32,000 nucleotides of DNA from Synechocystis sp. PCC 6803 substr. PCC-P (lineage in GTDB: Bacteria; Cyanobacteriota; Cyanobacteriia; Cyanobacteriales; Microcystaceae). The notes beneath the pieces were generated by a model that saw nothing but the letters and a program-made list of their open reading frames with translations, searched no databases and was not told where the DNA came from. This document shows positions 13,498 through 23,138 of this stretch, one piece after another (within the stretch, counting starts at the first letter, position 1; each line of letters opens with the position of its first letter). Position numbers and translations under genes: made by a program. The DNA is taken from positions 1 to 32,000 of the forward strand of contig NC_017039.1 in the NCBI RefSeq assembly GCF_000284455.1, given 5' to 3'.

Positions 13498-14529
13498 GTG
13501 CCCTTTCTCCAATGCATTATGCGATCGTCCTTGTATTTTCGAGCTAAATCTCCCGGTTATCTTGCCTTGGGCCTTGTCCTGGGGGCAACGGTTTTATTCG
13601 CCTGTCTAATATCCAGTATTCTCCTGGGAGCGGCGGATATTAGTCCCCAAACAGTGTGGCAAGCCCTATTTCAATTTGACGGTTCCACTGACCATTTAAT
13701 TATTCGCACGGTACGTTTACCCAGGGCCATTCTGGCGATCGTGGTGGGAGCTTCCTTGGCTGTGGCCGGGGCCATTACCCAGGGTTTAACCCGTAATCCT
13801 CTGGCAGCTCCCGATATTCTGGGGGTTAATGTGGGTGCGTCCTTAGCGGTGGTTCTGGCCACATTTATTGGTGGCGATGGTAGTAACCAGTGGGCATTTG
13901 CCTTCATTGGAGCGGCGATCGCCGCTGTAGTTGTCTATGGCTTGGGAACCCTTGGCCGCAGTGGTCTCACCCCAATTAAATTGGTCATTGCGGGGGCGGC
14001 CCTGTCGTATTTTTTAGGCTCTTTGACCACCGGCATTCTCCTGCTCAATCAACGTACCCTAGACGATATTCGCTTTTGGTTGGCCGGCTCCCTAGGGGGA
14101 CAAGATTGGAATGGTTTAACGGCGGTTTTGCCCTACATCATGGTTGGTTTGGTCAGTTCCCTTAGTTTGGGTAGGCAATTAACCTTACTGACCTTTGGAG
14201 AAGAAGTGGCCCAGGGATTAGGCCTAAAAACGGCCTGGGTAAAATTGGGGGCGGCAACGGTTTTGGTGTTACTGGCGGGCAGTGCCGTCGCCCTGGCGGG
14301 GCCGATTGGCTTTGTCGGTTTAATTGTGCCCCACGTGGTTCGTTTTGGGGTCGGAGTGGATTATCGATGGATTTTACCCTACGCCATGGTGATGGGGGGA
14401 ATTTTTCTTTCTGTGGCTGACATGGCCGCCCGATTATTGATCAGCCCGCAAGAACTACCAGTGGGCATTATGACTGCTTTGGTGGGGGCACCTTTTTTTA
14501 TTTATCTTGCCCGCTCCCAAATTAAATAA
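13498..14529 (+). CDS. fecC: Fe3+-siderophore ABC transporter permease (FecCD family; slr1316-like)
   Basis: FecCD hallmarks: RLPRAILAIVVGASLAVAGAITQGLTRNPLAAPDILGVNVGAS and GPIGFVGLIVPHVVR. Start GTG 13498 or ATG 13519. Confidence 0.93.
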   Translation: MPFLQCIMRSSLYFRAKSPGYLALGLVLGATVLFACLISSILLGAADISPQTVWQALFQFDGSTDHLIIRTVRLPRAILAIVVGASLAVAGAITQGLTRNPLAAPDILGVNVGASLAVVLATFIGGDGSNQWAFAFIGAAIAAVVVYGLGTLGRSGLTPIKLVIAGAALSYFLGSLTTGILLLNQRTLDDIRFWLAGSLGGQDWNGLTAVLPYIMVGLVSSLSLGRQLTLLTFGEEVAQGLGLKTAWVKLGAATVLVLLAGSAVALAGPIGFVGLIVPHVVRFGVGVDYRWILPYAMVMGGIFLSVADMAARLLISPQELPVGIMTALVGAPFFIYLARSQIK

Positions 14530-14580
14530 TCAAACCTAACGGGTCAACTCCAAAGACAACCCAAGGCCATTCCAGGCTAA

Positions 14581-15675
14581 TTGATTGAATCCCGAATTTT
14601 ATTAACTGTTTGTTCCATTTGTGCCATGTTTGCCCCTCGACCTTGGATTGTGGTCCGTCTCCGGTCTTTACCCCTATCGTTTCGCCTCGATCGCCATGTC
14701 CCCTTGGTAATGGGATTACTTACTGCTCTAGCATTATTACTATTTATTCTCAATATTAGTTGGGGGGAATATCCTGTCCCTCCCTTGGCGATGCTCCAGG
14801 CCATCTTTGGGCTATCTACCGATGCTGACCATGAATTTGTGGTGCGTACTCTGCGATTACCCCGGTCCTTGGTGGCATTGTTGGTGGGTATGGGTTTGGC
14901 GATCGCCGGAGGGATTTTGCAAGGCATTACCCGCAATCCTTTGGCAGCCCCTGAAATTATTGGTGTCAATGCGGGGGCTAGTTTGGTGGCGGTTACCTTC
15001 ATCGTTTTGCTACCGGGTATTTCTCCTTCCTTGCTGCCAGTGGCCGCTTTTTGCGGTGGTTTAACAGCGGCGATCGCCATTTATGTGCTGGCTTGGAATC
15101 AGGGCAGTGCCCCCGTCCGGTTAATTTTGGTGGGCATTGGCCTAGCCGCATTAGCCAGTTCCCTCACCAGTTTGATGGTCACCTTTGGGGAAATTAGCGT
15201 GGTTAGTCAGGCCCTAGTTTGGCTCACTGGTAGCGTCCATGGCCGGGGTTGGGAACATTTATTGCCCCTGCTACCTTGGCTAGCCTTGTTTATTCCCCTC
15301 TCCTTGGCATTGGCCCGGGAGTTGGACACCCTAAACCTAGGGGACAATCTAGCCCGAGGATTGGGTAGCCGGGTGGAATGGATGCGGGGTCTTTTACTAG
15401 TTTGCAGTGTGGCCCTAGCGGGTTCCTGTGTGGCCACCGCCGGCAATATTGGCTTTGTCGGTTTGATGGCTCCCCACCTGGCCCGCCATCTGGTAGGCCC
15501 CTCCCATGGGGGCATGATTCCCGTTGCGGCCCTAACTGGAGCCTGCATTACAGAACTGGCAGATTTAATTGGTAGAACCGTTTTTGCCCCGATAGAAATT
15601 CCCTGCGGAGTAATTACGGCGATCGTGGGCGCTCCCTATTTTCTCTGGCTCCTATACCGAAATCGGAATCAATAG
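14581..15675 (+). CDS. fecD: Fe3+-siderophore ABC transporter permease (FecCD family; slr1317-like)
   Basis: RLPRSLVALLVGMGLAIAGGILQGITRNPLAAPEIIGVNAGAS and GNIGFVGLMAPHLARHLVG. Track start is TTG 14581; ATG 14626 (MFAPRPWIVV) may be the true start. Confidence 0.93.
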   Translation: MIESRILLTVCSICAMFAPRPWIVVRLRSLPLSFRLDRHVPLVMGLLTALALLLFILNISWGEYPVPPLAMLQAIFGLSTDADHEFVVRTLRLPRSLVALLVGMGLAIAGGILQGITRNPLAAPEIIGVNAGASLVAVTFIVLLPGISPSLLPVAAFCGGLTAAIAIYVLAWNQGSAPVRLILVGIGLAALASSLTSLMVTFGEISVVSQALVWLTGSVHGRGWEHLLPLLPWLALFIPLSLALARELDTLNLGDNLARGLGSRVEWMRGLLLVCSVALAGSCVATAGNIGFVGLMAPHLARHLVGPSHGGMIPVAALTGACITELADLIGRTVFAPIEIPCGVITAIVGAPYFLWLLYRNRNQ

Positions 15676-15827
15676 CCCCATGACCTCATTTACTTGTTTT
15701 TAGATAACGGTTTCCCGGGGTGAATTACACTGCTCAGTTAGAAAGCAAAAATTTCTTACTATTCCTAATTATTCTTAACAATTAATAGCCACTACAGCAA
15801 TATTTGCAGGAAAAAGGAAGAATCCCC

Positions 15828-15902
15828 ATGGCGACCAAGCATTTAACAGAGGACTATTCGGCATTAAAACCCATTTCCCTGTCCCCCAGTCCTCTACAAT
15901 AA
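15828..15902 (+). CDS. Candidate 24-aa small/leader ORF (MATKHLTEDYSALKPISLSPSPLQ*) upstream of fecE
   Basis: ATG preceded by SD-like AAGGAAG (about 7-nt spacing), stop TAA, in the otherwise empty 261-bp gap before the ATPase gene. Not in the supplied ORF track because it is short. Confidence 0.3.
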   Translation: MATKHLTEDYSALKPISLSPSPLQ

Positions 15903-15936
15903 TCTCTAATCTTATTAGTAGTTAATCTTAATAACT

Positions 15937-16743
15937 ATGTTGGATGTTGCCACTCCCATTGCCCTCACTACCAGGAAGCTCAGCCTAGCCTACGATAGTC
16001 ACCTAATTATTCAAGGGCTCGATTTGGCAATTAACCAAGGGGAAATCACCACACTGGTGGGACCAAATGGCTGTGGCAAATCTACTCTCCTACGGGGCAT
16101 GGCACGACTACTCAAACCCCAGGGCGGCACCGTGTATTTAGAAGGAGAGGCGATCGCCCATCTGCCCACCAAAGAATTGGCCAAACGTCTGGGTATTTTG
16201 CCCCAAAGCCCCCCCGCCCCGGAAGGATTAACTGTCAGGGAACTGGTGGCCCAGGGCCGTTATCCCCATCAAAACTGGCTACAACAATGGTCAAAACAGG
16301 ATGAATTGAAAGTAGAAGAGGCGATCGCCACCACCGATTTGCATCAATTTGCCAACCGCCCTCTTGATAGCCTTTCGGGAGGCCAACGCCAGAGAGCCTG
16401 GATTGCCATGGCCCTGGCCCAAGACACTGAAATTTTATTGTTAGACGAACCCACCACCTATCTCGATCTAGCCCATCAAATTGAAGTTTTAGATTTACTC
16501 CATTGGCTGAACCGGGAAGCAGGACGCACCATTGTGATGGTATTGCACGACCTCAATTTGGCCTGTCGCTATAGTCATCGCTTGATTGCCCTACGGGATG
16601 GAAAACTACTGGCCCAAGGACGACCCCAGGCGATCGTCACCGAAGAACTAGTACGACAAGTTTTTGGACTGGAGAGCCGCATCATCGCCGATCCCGTCAC
16701 TGGCACCCCTCTCTGTGTACCCGTTAGCCGACACCTAAAATGA
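15937..16743 (+). CDS. fecE: Fe3+-siderophore ABC transporter ATP-binding protein (slr1318-like)
   Basis: Walker [10 protein letters not shown], signature [36 protein letters not shown]. Confidence 0.95.
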   Translation: MLDVATPIALTTRKLSLAYDSHLIIQGLDLAINQGEITTLVGPNGCGKSTLLRGMARLLKPQGGTVYLEGEAIAHLPTKELAKRLGILPQSPPAPEGLTVRELVAQGRYPHQNWLQQWSKQDELKVEEAIATTDLHQFANRPLDSLSGGQRQRAWIAMALAQDTEILLLDEPTTYLDLAHQIEVLDLLHWLNREAGRTIVMVLHDLNLACRYSHRLIALRDGKLLAQGRPQAIVTEELVRQVFGLESRIIADPVTGTPLCVPVSRHLK

Positions 16744-17687
16744 AAAGTAAACTAATAATTTTTACTTTCTGCCTGGTGCTATTTGGTTGTGCTAAACAAG
16801 TACCCGTTGAATTTTCCCCTGGGGAAACCATTCAATCAAACCTAACCCAGCGCACCATAGCCCACGCCATGGGCGTAACGGCAGTCCCCAATGAGCCACA
16901 GCGCATAGTGGTGTTGACCAATGAAGCAACAGATATGGTATTGGCCTTGGGAGTCACCCCGGTGGGGGCAGTTAAATCTTGGTCCGGAGATCCTTACTAC
17001 GAATATTTAGCAAAGGATATGCTTGGAGTCCCCATCGTGGGAGATGAAATGCAGCCTAACCTAGAGAAAATTGTCGCCTTACAGCCGGACTTGATTATCG
17101 GTAGTCGGTTGCGCCAGGGACAAATTTACAAGTCACTGAGTGCCATTGCCCCCACAGTTTTTTCAGAAACCATTGGTGAATCATGGCAAGATAACCTACG
17201 TCTTTATGGGCAGGCCCTTGACAGAGAAGCCGAAGCGGAGCAACTTTTGAACGATTGGGACACGCGTGTGGCCCAAATGCGTCAAAAACTAAGTGCAAAA
17301 GATTTAACAATTTCCCTCGTCCGATTTATGCCAAGGGGAGCCCGCATTTATTTACAAAATTCTTTCCCCGGTCAAATTTTGCAGGCAGTGGGTTTGGAAA
17401 GACCGGCGAGTCAAGCTAACCATGGCTTTGCTGAACATGTTTCCTTCGAGCAAATTCCCCAAATGGAAGCTGATGCACTGTTTTACTTCATCTATACCGG
17501 AGATAGCGGGGACCAAACCCCCGGCAGCATAACGAATCCTTGGTTAAACCATCCCCTATGGCAGCAGTTGGAGGTTGTTCAATCGGGTAAGGCCTACGCT
17601 GTTAGCGATGTGGTTTGGACCACTGCCGGAGGTATCCAAGCCGCCCACCTGCTACTAGATGATTTGGAACGACATTTAGAGCCTTAG
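16740..17687 (+). CDS. fecB: Fe3+-siderophore ABC transporter periplasmic binding lipoprotein (slr1319-like)
   Basis: Signal peptide with lipobox (CLVLFGCAK), [24 protein letters not shown] and [16 protein letters not shown] overlaps the end of the ATPase gene (ATGA). Confidence 0.92.
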   Translation: MKSKLIIFTFCLVLFGCAKQVPVEFSPGETIQSNLTQRTIAHAMGVTAVPNEPQRIVVLTNEATDMVLALGVTPVGAVKSWSGDPYYEYLAKDMLGVPIVGDEMQPNLEKIVALQPDLIIGSRLRQGQIYKSLSAIAPTVFSETIGESWQDNLRLYGQALDREAEAEQLLNDWDTRVAQMRQKLSAKDLTISLVRFMPRGARIYLQNSFPGQILQAVGLERPASQANHGFAEHVSFEQIPQMEADALFYFIYTGDSGDQTPGSITNPWLNHPLWQQLEVVQSGKAYAVSDVVWTTAGGIQAAHLLLDDLERHLEP

Positions 17688-17710
17688 AACGTGTTTGGAA
17701 AGTTTTACTC

Positions 17711-17802
17711 CGCCCCCTAAATCTCCTCACTAAAGCTCCGGCAATACTAGGGGGCTTTCATTCAGTTTCCCCCCAAAGTTGGGTGGGCAGGGGGGCTTTT
17801 AA
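17711..17802. repeat. Degenerate G/C-run inverted-repeat element (decayed MITE-like or intergenic repeat), probably serving as terminator in the convergent gap
   Basis: CCCCCTAAATCTCC...AGGGGGCTTTCATTCAGTTTCCCCCCAAAG...GCAGGGGGGCTTTT resembles dispersed cyanobacterial intergenic repeats of CCCCCTAAATCCCC type. Confidence 0.45.
17769..17800 (+). terminator. Putative terminator after the binding-protein gene
   Basis: CCCCCC (17769-17774) ... GGGGGG (17790-17795) followed by CTTTT. Confidence 0.45.
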
Positions 17803-17852
17803 AACAGGCTCTTAGCATGGGTTGCCCCCCAAAAAATTGAGGGGAAAGGCAT

Positions 17853-20393
17853 TTACCACTCAAATGCATAGCCAATGCGGAGAAATCGTCCCCGGGCGGC
17901 GGCATTACTCAACTCGTTGGGCTGGAGTTGGGACACCACCGGAAAGTAGTCAGTGTTTAACAAATTAGCAATGCCAATTTCCAGTTTCCCAGGGCCAACA
18001 TTGATCCTACTTATGTAGTCCAGGGTGACATAGCTACTGACGGGGAGCTGGCCAAAAACAGTGTTATTGCTAAACACATCACGATCGCCAGAATAGAGGA
18101 GTTGTAGCCGGTTTTGCCAACCGGGGGTGGTTTGGTGTTGTACATAGGCTGTGAGCTTCACCGGTGCAATGCGAAAACCATCGAGGGGAGTATAGTTGCC
18201 GGTGTTCAAGCGGTCAATTTCGCCGGCGGACAAGCTAAATGTGCCCCCCAACTGCCAACTTTCCCCCACCCGGGCATCCATGGTGGCTTCCACTCCATAA
18301 ACCCGTTCCGGTGCTCGCAAAATTTCCCCTGGAGCCGTGAAGGTCGTGCCCAAATCAGAGGAATTATAAAACCCCGCCAAAGAAAAGCGGAGATTTTGCC
18401 AATTGCCCCGCACACCAATTTCGTAATTGTTGACCCGCTGGGCTTCCGGTTGCAGAGTGGCTAGGGAAAAGCCCGCAGGGGCATTACGAAGCACTAGGCC
18501 CACGTCGGCTAGGGAAAAACCTTGGGCAAAGCTGGCAAACAAACTGATGTTATCGGTGACATCTACTACTCCCCCCAGGTTAAAAAGCGTTGCATCGTAG
18601 CTTAAGTCACCCCCTTGGACTGTATTGCCGCCCAGGGTAGTGAAATCATCCACCGACAGGCCCACTTGTTCATGGCGGATGCCCCCCAGTAGGGTGAGCC
18701 AATCGTTAGCCCGCCAGTTCAATTGGCCGAACAATCCCAGGCTGTCTTGGTTGAGAGATGGAACCCAAGTCCTTTTACCAGTATTGCGATAGCTTAAACC
18801 GCCACTGCTATCAAAAGTAACTGGATCAAAAATGTTCACTGGCTGAGCGGTACTTTCATTGTTGTAGTCCGCTCCCCACAGTAGGCGCAGATTTTTTTCT
18901 CCCGTTAGGGGGGTGTCCAGTTGTAGTCTGCCGCCCCACTCGGTGGAGTCAATTTCAGACTGAAAAATACTATTGCCCAAGCTAACGGAGGCTCGGCCGT
19001 CGAAAGGGAAAAACCTAGTCAGATAATCACGATAGTAGATTTGTCCCTTAAGGTTGCCATTGAGGACGTTACTGTGGCTGTAATCAAGGCTGACTACGGT
19101 GTTATTGCTGGTTTGGGGGGTATCAAGGTCCAGCCCGTCAATCGCTTGGGATCTCTGTCTACCGGCGATCGCCGTAATACTAGGATCAACGGTGAAATCA
19201 GTGTTTTGGGTGGCTTGAAAATGATTAATGGTAATTTGCAGGCGCTGTTCGTCAGTCATGTTGATGCCCAATTTACCCAAAACATTAAAGCTATCAGTGT
19301 CCGATACTCCTCCTTGGCCATTGGGATCGGGGGGAATGCGATTACCTAAGGCGTCAAAAAATCCCCCAACGGATTCATAGGATGCGGTGAAAGCGTAGTC
19401 AGCATAGTCAAGGGTTCCGCCCACATATTGTTCCACCATCCTCCCTAGGCTGTTGGATACACTGTCAAAATCGGTGTTGATGGCTAGGCGGGTGCTGGCT
19501 AGGAAGGGCTCAGGGGCAGGACCACGGGTGATGATGTTGATTACTCCTCCAGTGGCACCATCCCCGTAAATGGCCGTTGGCCCCTGGATCACTTCAATCC
19601 GTTCAATGGCACTGGGAGCAATGGTTTGCAAATCTCGGAAGGCATTACGGTTGGTGGTTTGGGGCACACCGTCAATCAAAACCAAAACGTTACGTCCTCG
19701 CAAAGCCTGGCCAAATTGACTGGCACTCCCGGTGCTGGGGGCTAAGCCTGGCACTAGTTGACCCAAAATATCCGCCAAGGAAGAGTAAACCTGGGTTTGT
19801 TGCTCAATTTCTGCCCGTTCAATTACCGTTACCGACCGGGGAATGTTAGCGATTTCCTCCTCTGTACGGGTGGCGGAAACCACAATTTGTAGGGCCTCAC
19901 TTTCCTCTATCTCGGCGGTTGTCCCGGCAACCCCTGGTCGAATCAGCAATTGTAACCCTTGCGAGTTAGGCTTTACTTCGGCTTCCGGTGGCCCATTTAC
20001 CCCCGTGATAGCTAAGCGCACTTGGTTATCGGTCATTTGGGTAACACTGACAAACGCAATGTCCGCAGTGGGGCTCACTTCTTCAAACCCCTGGCCCCCA
20101 GGTAAGGCCATCAAAGTATTGGGAAGATCAATAATTAAGGCATTGCCCACCGTTTGTAGGTTCGGAGAGGCGATCGCCCCTCCCGCTGTCACCAAAATAA
20201 TTTCTAACCCTGGCCCCGATGGCTCTAGACGCACTTCCTGCACTTGTACCAACGATGTCCCCTGATCCAGTTCCACTGTCACAGATGGGGATGGCTCACT
20301 AATAATTTCTTGAGCCCCCAGGGGCATAGCCATCGTTTCCATCACTATTCCAAGGGCGATCGTCCAGCCAAATCGTACTAATCTTGTTTTCAT
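17853..20393 (-). CDS. iutA: TonB-dependent outer-membrane receptor with N-terminal AMIN domain (IutA/BtuB-like; sll1206-like)
   Basis: Signal peptide, AMIN-like segment (VEVRLEPSGPGLEIILVT-type), TonB-box-like EALQIVVSATR, plug (IERIEVIQGPTAIYGDGATGGVINIITR), terminal LRIGYAFEW. The track starts at 20408, but GTGGGAGGACGTGACATG puts a GGGAGG SD before ATG 20393. Confidence 0.93.
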   Translation of the reverse strand: MKTRLVRFGWTIALGIVMETMAMPLGAQEIISEPSPSVTVELDQGTSLVQVQEVRLEPSGPGLEIILVTAGGAIASPNLQTVGNALIIDLPNTLMALPGGQGFEEVSPTADIAFVSVTQMTDNQVRLAITGVNGPPEAEVKPNSQGLQLLIRPGVAGTTAEIEESEALQIVVSATRTEEEIANIPRSVTVIERAEIEQQTQVYSSLADILGQLVPGLAPSTGSASQFGQALRGRNVLVLIDGVPQTTNRNAFRDLQTIAPSAIERIEVIQGPTAIYGDGATGGVINIITRGPAPEPFLASTRLAINTDFDSVSNSLGRMVEQYVGGTLDYADYAFTASYESVGGFFDALGNRIPPDPNGQGGVSDTDSFNVLGKLGINMTDEQRLQITINHFQATQNTDFTVDPSITAIAGRQRSQAIDGLDLDTPQTSNNTVVSLDYSHSNVLNGNLKGQIYYRDYLTRFFPFDGRASVSLGNSIFQSEIDSTEWGGRLQLDTPLTGEKNLRLLWGADYNNESTAQPVNIFDPVTFDSSGGLSYRNTGKRTWVPSLNQDSLGLFGQLNWRANDWLTLLGGIRHEQVGLSVDDFTTLGGNTVQGGDLSYDATLFNLGGVVDVTDNISLFASFAQGFSLADVGLVLRNAPAGFSLATLQPEAQRVNNYEIGVRGNWQNLRFSLAGFYNSSDLGTTFTAPGEILRAPERVYGVEATMDARVGESWQLGGTFSLSAGEIDRLNTGNYTPLDGFRIAPVKLTAYVQHQTTPGWQNRLQLLYSGDRDVFSNNTVFGQLPVSSYVTLDYISRINVGPGKLEIGIANLLNTDYFPVVSQLQPNELSNAAARGRFLRIGYAFEW

Positions 20394-20483
20394 GTCACGT
20401 CCTCCCACACGTCAGTTACTTGTTGCAAATCTTTCTTGATTGGCTAGGAAAATTAGTGTAGATAGTTGTCTCTGGCCTTGTCT

Positions 20484-20520
20484 ATCCAAAAAACGGTCAC
20501 GTTGATCCAAAAACGGACTT
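20484..20520. promoter_or_regulatory. Candidate AraC-type operator: direct repeats ATCCAAAAAACGGTC / ATCCAAAAACGGACT with 20-bp CGG-to-CGG spacing
   Basis: Seen directly in sequence, in the gap upstream of the 17853..20393 receptor. A similar tandem motif occurs at 27911-27945. Confidence 0.5.
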
Positions 20521-20614
20521 TGAGGCAAAAAAATCCCCGGCTAACGGGAGAAACTCCCCTAATTTTCTTTGTTTGGGTAGATGGAAATCCTCTGGCTTTA
20601 ACCGGGAGAGACTA

Positions 20615-21595
20615 TCAATTACTCAGCATCCACTGTTTAGGGCTGACACCAAACTGTTTGCGAAACGCCGCGGAGAAGTGGCCTAAGTGGCTATAACCCA
20701 CGTTGTTAGCGACTTCGGCGACAGTGTAATTGCCCTGGGAGAGCAGATCTTTGGCCTGGTGAAGACGTTGTTGGGTCAGATAACCGATTACAGAGGTGCC
20801 AAACAGTTCCCGAAAACCACGGCGGAGGGTACGATCACATAACCCCACCTGCTGGGCCAACTCCAAAACGGAAGGAGGGCTTTCCAGTTGGGCAACTAGT
20901 CTGGCTCTCGCTTCGTAGATCTTCTCAATTGTTTTTGGTTTCAAAGTGCCAGAAAATGGAGAAGAATTTTGGTCGGCCATAATGCTATGCAATTGAAGGG
21001 CGAAAAGTTCAAACACCTTGGCTTGGAGAAAAAAACGTCGCGTCACTCCGTGAAATGGACATTGGAGCATCTGCTGAGCTACTGTCCGCATTTCAACCGT
21101 AATGGAGGGAAACCAAGCCATTTTCCACTCATCCTTTTTGAGTAAAGCTTGGCCTAGGGATAGGGATTGCCCAACTAAAAATTGTTCTAAAATTTGGGGT
21201 TCGAGGTGGACGTTAATGCCTTCTAGGTGGCCCAATTGGCCATACCGTGCCACATAACCAGGGGAAAGGCCACTCCCGGATACATAACCCTTCTTTGTCT
21301 CCAGAGTTGGATAGGTTTCCTCATAATCAACGGTCCCCGACAATAGGACGGTGAACTGTACTAAATGCTCGTGTACCGGTACTTTCAGTGCCCAGGGCCG
21401 GGTAAATTCCTTGTTGATCAAATCCAACCAAACCCCAGGGGAAAGTTCCAAGCAGCGGGTACGGCCATGGCCCAGGCAAGCGGGCAGCCAGCGAATGGTT
21501 TCAAAACTGTCAACTGGAGTGGTGGTGTAATACTCAGGTTCAAAGGGAATTTGACAAAGCTCATGGTAGTCGGACTCGGAAAGAAGTAGGGTCAT
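20615..21595 (-). CDS. pchR: AraC-family transcriptional regulator, PchR type (sll1205-like)
   Basis: C-terminal AraC HTH: DRTLRRGFRELFGTSVIGYLTQQRLHQAKDLLSQGNYTVAEVANNVGYSHLGHFSAAFRKQFGVSPKQW. Confidence 0.92.
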   Translation of the reverse strand: MTLLLSESDYHELCQIPFEPEYYTTTPVDSFETIRWLPACLGHGRTRCLELSPGVWLDLINKEFTRPWALKVPVHEHLVQFTVLLSGTVDYEETYPTLETKKGYVSGSGLSPGYVARYGQLGHLEGINVHLEPQILEQFLVGQSLSLGQALLKKDEWKMAWFPSITVEMRTVAQQMLQCPFHGVTRRFFLQAKVFELFALQLHSIMADQNSSPFSGTLKPKTIEKIYEARARLVAQLESPPSVLELAQQVGLCDRTLRRGFRELFGTSVIGYLTQQRLHQAKDLLSQGNYTVAEVANNVGYSHLGHFSAAFRKQFGVSPKQWMLSN

Positions 21596-21837
21596 GGGCA
21601 GATGGGAAGCTGAATAAGCTGAAGTAGATTGAAAGAATTGATCAATCTATTAGTCTACTCCTAATGCAAATTATTCCTAAATATTTGATGGGTTTAATTT
21701 ATTGAGCAAAGCCCTAACGGGCAAAATACCAGTGCAGTATATTTGTTGGAAAAATGTGCTGTGGCGATTGGGACAACCTTGTGGATTATCTCAATAACGA
21801 TGAGAGTTCAATGTCCCATAGGAGATGGTATTACTTG

Positions 21838-23121
21838 CTAATCATCCCCACGTTGATAAATCAATAGACCCCATAGCCCCAATAGAAATGCGAGCACTCC
21901 ACAGTTCACCATTAAGAATGCCATGCCGCTGCCTGGGGGAGGTCCAAAAATTTCATTGATAGGTAGGATTAAAAAGTTACTCAAGTGAGTCAGCATTACC
22001 GATATCTGATTAGCTAAAATTCCTGCGGCCAATCCAGATAAACTACTGATAACAGTGCCGATCAAATAATCTGCAGCCAATACTCGGCCTTGTATTTCCC
22101 GTGCAACTTTCTCATACCAAATTGCTGTATATGAACTGGTGATTAAGGGACTTGGTAGTGATGCACCAACGTTAGCTAGTAGCCAAAATTTTGGTTGGGC
22201 AATCAGTCCCATGGCCAATCGACTGAATCCATTGATTATAAAGCCAATAAAAATACCAGTTGTTCTTCTTTTGAAGCCTCCCCAAATACTACAAATAGTT
22301 CCTCCAACAATACCCCCCACTCCTCCGATGGCCACAATAATCCCTAAAATCTCAGTGTTTCCTCCAGTTTTTGCTAGAATCATAGGCTGGTAAATTACTT
22401 CAGTGATTCCTTCTACAAAGCTAAACAATGAAAAAATGATCAATATCTTTGATAAATTTGGATGGTTATAGATATATTTAAGTCCAAAAAATATATCGTC
22501 AACAAAATTTTCTTTCAATCGTACAACAAATAAAGTTTGGTTGGTGATTTTAGGAGATTTAATTCCGAATGCTATTGGTAGAATCAAGATCGTTATAGCG
22601 GCGATCATGAACGTTGTCATGTCAATTATTGTGATGCCAGTTAGCCCCATCACAGGAAATAAGATTCCAGCCAAAGCGGGGGCAACAATTCCGGCGCTAT
22701 ATGCAGTAATGGCTCCCATACTACTAGCACGAGCATGGTGTTGATAAGGAACAATTAAAGGGACCAGGGTAATATAACTAAGGGTTTGAATGTTACCAAA
22801 ACAACCAATAATAGATGCAATCAGATATATATACTTAACATTAAGAATCTGTAAAAAAGCTAGGATTCCCACAGAAAATGTACATACAGCAGAGCCGATA
22901 TCGCTAACAATTAGCAATTTTTTGTGAGAAAAATAATCAGTAAGGATACCAGATAAAGGTGTAATGATAATTTGCGGGAGCTGATAAAAAACTAAAATCA
23001 AAGCCACTGACATAGCAGAATTTGTCTTTTGCCATATCCATATAGTCAGAGAAAAATAAGTCATACCGCTACCAATAGACGACAGAGCCTGTCCCAAGCA
23101 AAGAGTGACAAAGGTCTTCAT
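21838..23121 (-). CDS. MFS transporter, EntS/MFS_3-like (sll1204-like)
   Basis: 427 aa, about 12 hydrophobic segments; MKTFVTLCLGQALSSIGSGMTYFSLTIWIWQKTNSAMSVALILVFYQLPQIIITPLSGILTDYF. Confidence 0.88.
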   Translation of the reverse strand: MKTFVTLCLGQALSSIGSGMTYFSLTIWIWQKTNSAMSVALILVFYQLPQIIITPLSGILTDYFSHKKLLIVSDIGSAVCTFSVGILAFLQILNVKYIYLIASIIGCFGNIQTLSYITLVPLIVPYQHHARASSMGAITAYSAGIVAPALAGILFPVMGLTGITIIDMTTFMIAAITILILPIAFGIKSPKITNQTLFVVRLKENFVDDIFFGLKYIYNHPNLSKILIIFSLFSFVEGITEVIYQPMILAKTGGNTEILGIIVAIGGVGGIVGGTICSIWGGFKRRTTGIFIGFIINGFSRLAMGLIAQPKFWLLANVGASLPSPLITSSYTAIWYEKVAREIQGRVLAADYLIGTVISSLSGLAAGILANQISVMLTHLSNFLILPINEIFGPPPGSGMAFLMVNCGVLAFLLGLWGLLIYQRGDD

Positions 23122-23138
23122 TTATTTTTGTAAATTAA

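Noticed and set aside
18114-20265. Opposite-strand ORFs inside the sll1206-like receptor (18114..18464 +, 19041..19349 +, 19843..20265 +)
   Set aside because: Mirror ORFs inside a clear TonB receptor gene with no domain support.
20466-20696. 76-aa + ORF spanning the regulator/receptor gap
   Set aside because: Overlaps the end of the AraC regulator gene and covers the candidate operator; no motif or RBS support.
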